This document shows, one piece after another, positions 56,896 to 64,000 of a DNA stretch of 64,000 nucleotides. Position 1 is the first letter of the stretch, and every line of letters starts with the position of its first letter. This DNA is from Eledone cirrhosa. Taxonomy: Eukaryota. A program made the position numbers and the translations under genes. The notes below the pieces were generated by a model. It ran no database searches. It saw nothing but the letters and a program-made list of their open reading frames with translations, and was not told where the DNA came from. The stretch spans positions 55,242,001 through 55,306,000 of the forward strand of contig OZ024742.1 of the NCBI GenBank assembly GCA_964016885.1, given 5' to 3'.

Positions 56896-56986
56896 ATTCT
56901 AACTAGGAAACCGAATGATTCTCGGCTTCAGAGTTAAGAATAAAGTAAATCAAATACAGAGGTAAATATATATATATATATATATA

Positions 56987-59900
56987 CTCTTTTACTCTGT
57001 TACCTGTTCCAGCCATCCGGCTGAGGCCATGCTAGGGCAACGTCCTTGTTGCTACACATTTTATCTCCAGCCTGTATTGGTTGGCCACTGGTGTAAGAGG
57101 GAGTTTGTTGCTGCTGCCCTTAGGTTTCCCTCGTGCCTTGCTGTGGGCTTATCAGGGATCCTGGATAGCAAGGTGTCGAGATGTTTCTTGAAGACATCCA
57201 CCATGCACATCTCCACACCATGCAAGTTTCTCCGATCCCTCGGCAGCTTGTTGAAGAGTTGAGGGCCCTTGAATACCAGGCTATTGGAATATCTGCTCCT
57301 TATTCTAGATGTGGAAGACGGGACCTTTGGCACCACACAGTGACGTCCTGTTCGACGGTTGTTCCAGCTCCCAATGCCAAAGTTTGGTGGTAGTCCCTCC
57401 AGGATTTTCCACATGTAGATCATTGCGTATCTCTCTCGTCTTCGTTCCAAGGAGTGGAGGTTCAGTTCTTTTAGCTTCTCCCAGTAGCTTATCTCCTTCA
57501 ACGTGGCAATCCTCTTGGTGTAGCTTCGCTGAATTGCCTCAAGCTCCGTGGTTAGTTTGACACTATGAGGTGACCACAACTGGGAGCAACAGTCAATGCG
57601 GCTTAGGACAAATGTCCTCTATAGTGTCAACATGGTGTCTCGGTCTCTTGTCCGGAAAGTCCTCAACATCCAGCCAGCGAGTCGTCTGCACATTGTCGCC
57701 ACCTTCATGATGTGTGAGGTAAAAGATGCATCATCGCTCATGTATATACCCAGGTCTCGTATCGATTTTGACACGGTGATATCAGTCCCTCCTGGTCCTG
57801 CATAACTGTGATGTACCGTATTTGTGTTTGCAGGTTTGTATTGTAGGGCTTGGAATCCGCCAGCATTAAACTGTACGTTGTTTACTTTCGCCCATTTGTA
57901 TATGGCATCCAGATCTTGTTGTAAAAGGGCAGCGTTAGCCCGGTTTTTGATTGCCTGTGCTACCTTAGTGTCATCAGCATAGCTAGTGAGGGATGTTGTT
58001 GCATGTACAACAGAGGCATGTCTGAGAGAGCCACCAAAAACAGTAGTGGTCCCAGGACTGTCCCTTGAGGCACCCCACTTCTTATTGATGTTTCCTTTGA
58101 GAGAGCCCCGTCTGCTGCGACTGTCTGGCTTATGTCCTTTAAGAAGTCATGCGGCCACTCATCTACTTTTCCAGTTATGCCAAGTCCGTGTAGTTTGTGA
58201 CATATCATTCCGTGGTCGACCTTGTCAAAGGCCTTCGCAAAGTCGATATATATCACTTCCACATGTGAGCTGTCTAGCAGTTGTTTCAGTACCCAGTCGT
58301 AGTTATGTAGTAGCTGTGTAAGGCAGCTTCTTCCTGGGCGGAAGCCATGCTGCGTGCTAGTCAGGCGGTCATTTTCCTCGAGGAAAGCGATCAGTTTCTT
58401 TCTGATGACTCGCTCCATGATCTTACTGATATGCGAGGTCAGGGAGACCGGCCTATAGTCTTTGGCCTCGGCACTGCTACCTCCTTTATGGATAAGGCAT
58501 ATTGTGCCTACATTCAGATCCCTGGGTAGTATACCGCTAGCCAAGGAGCTTCTGAAGAGCATCTTCAGTGGAGTTGCTAAGGCCCGCTTGCATGTTTTTA
58601 AGAGGACTTCTGGGAATCCATCATGCCCAGTAGCTGGGTATGTACTAATTTAATCTATGGCGTATACCACATCCTCCTCCGTTATGTCTATATGGTTGAT
58701 GGTTGCCATTTCTTCATGTAGTGCTGTGGCATCAAAGATCTCCTCTGGCTTTGTTATTTGCATGTGCCTCAGTGGACATGTGAACACACTTTTGTACTGT
58801 TCGTTCAGTATTTCACATATCTCTTGGGGATTCTCGGTTATGAACCCTCTGTATGGAAGAGTGGTCCAATCATGCAGTGTACCGAGGCAGTTTCCTTTGC
58901 AAATTTAAAGAAGGCTTTAGGGTTTGTTTTAATTTTTTCTATGGCCCTAATTTCTTTCTTTGTCGTCTCATTTTAGTGGGAAAGTTTGAGTGCAATCTCG
59001 GTGTCAAGTACTGCACGTTTCAAATAAGATTCCTTCTTGTTTTTGTTTTCTTGCTGTCCATTCAACTGGTTTGCGAGCTTGGTTCTACGTGTCATAAGGA
59101 TTTTCCTAACTCTGGGAATAAGATGTTTGTGTCTGTTTGCCTTTTACTCCGGGACAAACTTTTTGCATATAGTGTGTATCGTTGTCATGAAGTGTTGAAA
59201 TTGTGTGTTGGTGTCTTGTGTGGCGGTGTTTTCGTTCCATATTTGCTTCCGGATTTCTCTCTTGATCTTTTTCCAGTTAGCCTTGTAGAAGTTAAGGCTG
59301 GATAACGTCCCGGTGCTTCTTGGTGTTTGTGTCTCTGTTGGTTCTCTCGGACCACATATCATTAGTTCTACTAAGTTATGAGCCGAGAAAATTGTTGGTG
59401 TCACCTTTACATTGTGGATGAGCACTTCGTTGTTTGTAAAACAGAGGTCCAGAAAATGTTCGCCTCTTGTTGGGAGGAGTACTGCTTGTTCCATGAACAG
59501 CCTGTGTGTGAGGGGCAGCAGGGATTCCGTCTGTCTCTGTTCTATTGACGTCATTCCAGGGAGGAGGTGGCCCTCAGGACATTTGACCTTTGGCAAGTTG
59601 AAGTCTCCCAGCAGTAGAATGTTGAGACCCTGGTCCAGTTTGTCAAGGACCTCTTCTATCCTACTGAGGCTATCCTCAAATTTACCCTCATGACTGGGGG
59701 CATCGGGCGGCCGATATGTGACACATATTACTGTCTGTAGTTGCTTCATATGTACTATCAGTGTGTCACAGACTGAGTTTGAATGTGTCAACAGTACAAT
59801 TTGTGTCACATCTTCACGGATATACAGAGCAACCCACCATGAGTTCTCTCCTTCCTGTCCGAACGAAATACAGTATATTTCGGTATATGTATTTCTGCAT

Positions 59901-61182
59901 CTGCTATACTGCTTGTCAGATGCATTTCGGTTAGTGCCATGCATAATGCTTCATTGCTTATTGCTAAGTATCCCAGGTAGGAAATTTTACTCATGTTACT
60001 GAGTTTCACCAGGCGTCTGACATTCGGCAGCAGCACTGGTGTGACTTTTGGGGTGCCAGTAATTGCTGTCGGTATGACACCTGGTCTGGTGTCAGTGGCG
60101 GCCAATCTTGGTCAATTAATTGTGGTGGTCTCGAGTGCTGGTGTGGGTGACCCTGGCTCTGGAAACGATGCAGCCAGATTAACTGTCCCACAAACTTCTC
60201 TGCCATCACTAAAACATTTTTATGTTCTGCTGCTTAATCCGTATCTCGTCGACATGTGCGTGCCTTCTCCTTGTTGGCGCGGCACGCACGACATCAGCAT
60301 ACTTCTGGAGCGGCTTGTTTTGGCTTTGGCTGGGGCATGTTGCGCGAGTAGAATGGGCATAGTTTGTTTGGGACCTGGGTTGGGTGAATCTGCAGCCATC
60401 CCTGTCTCTCCATGCCAGCAGGTCCCGTTCCTGAAGTACTTGCACATTACTTGGGTTTTTCTGTTCCCAGTGTCTCAGTGCTTTCTTATCTAACTTTGGA
60501 CAGTTGCCCACTGGTCCCTCTGCGCTTGGTTCTCCTTCGGAAGGTGATTTCGCTTCTCACCTTTACCGTTTGCTTGTTGGTTGCCCGGCCTGCTCTCCAT
60601 GACTGCGGCGGCGGGTGTCTCATTTCTTTCAGGTCCGTGCTTGTGCTCTTCCTTTTCTTTTTCTTCTCCTTTCTCTTCATTTTTCTCCTCTTTGGGGACA
60701 CGGCTTAGCATCGCCATATGTGGTGTTATGAGGACATAGGCCTTCTCGAGTACATAGAAGTACTCAGAAACCCATGGATCTTCATAGTCTCCGCAATCCT
60801 TTTCATCGTGCAATCTTTTTCAAAACAGCTAGTTCCATCTTTGACCAGTTTCGCTGACTCCTAATTTCGCCTTTTCCCTGAATGCAGTCCATTTCGCTGT
60901 GGAGGGGAGAAAGAGAGATAGCGGGATGGGTAGGGTAGAGGTTAGAGAGGGACAGATAGAGATATAAATCCAGTGAGACATTTTACGGAGCGATTTAGAG
61001 GGAAAGAGAGTGCTTGTGCGATCTAGAGAGAGAGAAAAAGAAAAAGAAAAAGAAAAAGGAAAGAAAGAAAGGGGTGAGAGACAGAAGAGAGGAGCGAGAG
61101 AGATAGCGGGAAGAGTGGGGTGAAACGTTAGAGAGAGAGAGGGGGAGATAGATAAGTCCCGTGAGAAATACACGGTGCGATT

Positions 61183-61225
<43 letters not shown>

Positions 61226-61311
61226 CGTGTGAGCGAGAGAGAGAGAGAGAGAGAGAGATAGTGAGAGAGGAAGGAAGAAGAAGAGAGACAGTGACAGTGT
61301 GAGAAATAGCA

Positions 61312-61351
<40 letters not shown>

Positions 61352-62056
61352 TAGCAACGTAGAGCGACAAAGAGAACTATAAATATTAGTAATTAATATC
61401 GTTCAAAGAATTTTTAGCGATTAAAACACCTAAACAAAGTGAAAAACAAACGATATCAACATGAAATATGAAAGGAGACAGAATAAATTAAGATAAAATA
61501 AAATAAGATAAAGTTAAAATAAATTAAATGAATGAAAACCAAATAAGTTAAAGATATAGAAACACGAAGATTTATATAAGTTGTATATAAGTTGATTTCA
61601 AATGTAGGTATCGTTTGCCTATAAATAACGGAAACCGTATATAGTGAACCGTAGTTATTGTAATATCAATATATCAAAAAACAACAAGCACATGCTCACC
61701 GAGTCAAAAATAAAAATAAAATTATATTAAATTATGTTACTCAAAATAAAACAAAATAATACAAAATCAACTTAAATTAAATTAAAATACGTACTAGCTT
61801 TCTATACTCTGTATGGTAGACAAAGAAAGCACGTGTGTGTGTGTTGTTTTTAGGAGAATATCACACAGTGAAAATAAACACATTTAAAACACTAACATAC
61901 GTAAAATAATCGCGTCAAAGTACAAAAACTTATCTCTTTTATATGTTTTCCTTGTCTTCCTAAAAATTACAACAGTACATAACACCGATTTCTGTCAATT
62001 TAAAATTTCAAATCTCGGCGGTCAGGAATGCACGTCCGTACCAACAAGCTGCAAAG

Positions 62057-62058
<2 letters not shown>
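56987..62058 (-). mobile_element. Probably full-length CR1/L2-group (Jockey superfamily) LINE, decayed by frameshifts
   Basis: APE domain 59144-60000 (TYRPPD, LLGDFNLP, LDLCFTN); RT 57061-58562 (YRPVSLTSHISK, QHGFRPGRSC, YIDFAKAFDKVDH, GVPQGTVLGPLLF, YADD, SLERRRER); ORF1 remnants ~60000-60900; (TA)n on both sides. The 5' boundary is inferred. Confidence 0.88.
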
Positions 62059-62100
<42 letters not shown>

Positions 62101-62505
62101 ATTTTTTCCGTAGGAAATGTAGAAGAGATTTTATTCAGTGAAAAATTAATTTACGAATTAATTTTAATAAAAATTAATTTTCACATACATGTTCATTCAG
62201 AGAAGAGAGTAAATTTCTAGCAGAGACGGATGGGCAGAAACGGTTGAGACTCGGATGATCAAACAACTAGAGTTCATGAGTTTGGTATAATGCGAATGGA
62301 AGATTTGTGTTTTATTACTAATGGTTTCTAACGAGAGTTCTGTGTCTAGTACATTTTATCTATGTTTGGGGTGTTTAGTTGGGTAGTCTATGATAAATGT
62401 AACACTCAGGTGGATGGAGTTAGCTGATTGCTGGATGCTTGTCATGGTTTTCCTCACTAATTACTTAACGTTCTCCTGTAGGGTTGATTTCACTATTCCA
62501 TCGAC

Positions 62506-62634
<129 letters not shown>

Positions 62635-62769
62635 TATATAGATATATTAGAAAATGAGGGTTATTTTACAAAAGGAAAAAAAAACTTGATGTCTTACACG
62701 AGTGAAAGTATAAGGACAAAAGGGTTTGTGGTTTTTCGAGAAAACCCACAAAACCTCCATCTCAATTCT

Positions 62770-62807
62770 ACTTTTGAAAAGCACAAGAACTGCGAAACCG
62801 GTAAAGG
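62770..62807 (+). ncRNA. Hammerhead, U3-A8 core (family A)
   Basis: ctt-TTGAAAA-gca-c(aagaa)c-tgc-GAAA-ccgg-TA/aag. Confidence 0.75.
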
Positions 62808-63699
62808 AACCAAATAAATATTCTTAAAACGACCCCAGTTGCATTTTCGATTTCATCTTTTTTTCCTATATATATATATCACAATAATTAAGTAAATTAA
62901 CTAAGTTATTTAGGTTTCAAATATGTCTCTTCTATACTCTAATATTGACTCGCTTCTGATTTTACTGATACCATAACTCTCATCTCTTTCTCTTCCTAAA
63001 TTATCTGCACCAGCAATCATTTTTAAGTAAATCCTGTAATGTCACAGAGATATAGTATACTTGCTTTGGAGCAGCCAATTCTAAATAAAGTAAAGTAGAG
63101 CAAAATAAAATTAAAGTTTCAAATGATTCTACAGCGAGATATCATGCATCGCCGCCTAAAATACGCTTTTATGTTAACTCTTCAGTTGAGAATTAAGATT
63201 TTGCTTGCCAGCCGTTCTTTGCAGGTAACAATCTGATACGTTCTGAACTGGGAAATCAATTGATCCTATCATCGTTCACAAGAAAGGAAAGAGCACTACA
63301 AATCGAAGTAGTCGGTGAATTTGTACACATATATAAATATATAGATATATAGACACAATAAAATACAGACACAATTATATATAAAAGGCAGACAACTTAA
63401 AAAGAAAGTATATGGAAGGTTCATAGAGAAGAATAAATGCTATTAGCTTAGCACTTGAATTGAATAATGAGTATGTGATATTTCTTAGAGAAATATGACA
63501 GTAAGGAATACGATAAATACTTTCTTCTTTGCACACTTACTTCCGGTGTGTGTATGGGAGCAGATTTCTCGAGCACACTCTCCAGCGGTTCCTGTTAGAT
63601 ACAACCCTCTCCAATTGATGTGGCTGGATTACCAACCGAGATCAGCCAAGCCCATTGATATTATTCAATCATGTTGATAGGTGTCTACTCCTTGAACTC

Positions 63700-64000
63700 C
63701 TGCCAGTTGGTTTTGCACGTAACAGATTGTTTTCTGAGGCATTATAACCACATATTTGCAGAATCGGAACTGCGATCTCTCAATTCAGATTGAGCTGCTA
63801 TCGCGGTGAGATTGCAGCTCAATCTGAAGCGACACTCTAATTTATGCATTCTAATGTGTAACGTTACTCCAAATACTCTTTGCAGGATCCCAATTTCCGT
63901 AACTTGTATTTGTGATCGTTTTATTTCGGTCATTACAACCCAGGATCCATGTCCATAGATAGTGGTTGGCACGAACACCAAATTGAAGATAGTGAGTTTG
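63700..64000 (-). mobile_element. Decayed RTE-like LINE fragment
   Basis: FVPTTIYGHGSWVVMTEIKRSQIQVTEIGILQRVFGVTLHIR, homologous to 52968-53204. Confidence 0.7.

Overview
AT-rich eukaryotic intergenic or intronic DNA, saturated with (TA)n/(CA)n/(GA)n microsatellites and transposable elements. The repeat landscape suggests an octopod genome (inference). I found no convincing host gene, and most ORF-track entries are microsatellite translations. Recognisable elements: a decayed Penelope-like element (RT + GIY-YIG) and several PLE 3' fragments, a non-autonomous Helitron, a probably full-length CR1/L2-group LINE, R4/Dong-, RTE- and CRE-like LINE fragments, a decayed mariner and about 10 tRNA-SINE copies. 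The main signal is RNA structure. Reading both strands by eye gives about 21 type I hammerhead-ribozyme motifs from at least 8 unrelated repeat families. They include U3-A8 covariant cores, a repeated U4A core variant, and recurring C.C and U.U mismatches in stem II. Eight of them sit as back-to-back pairs in 0.4-2.5 kb palindromes inserted into (TA)n. All folds are manual and untested.
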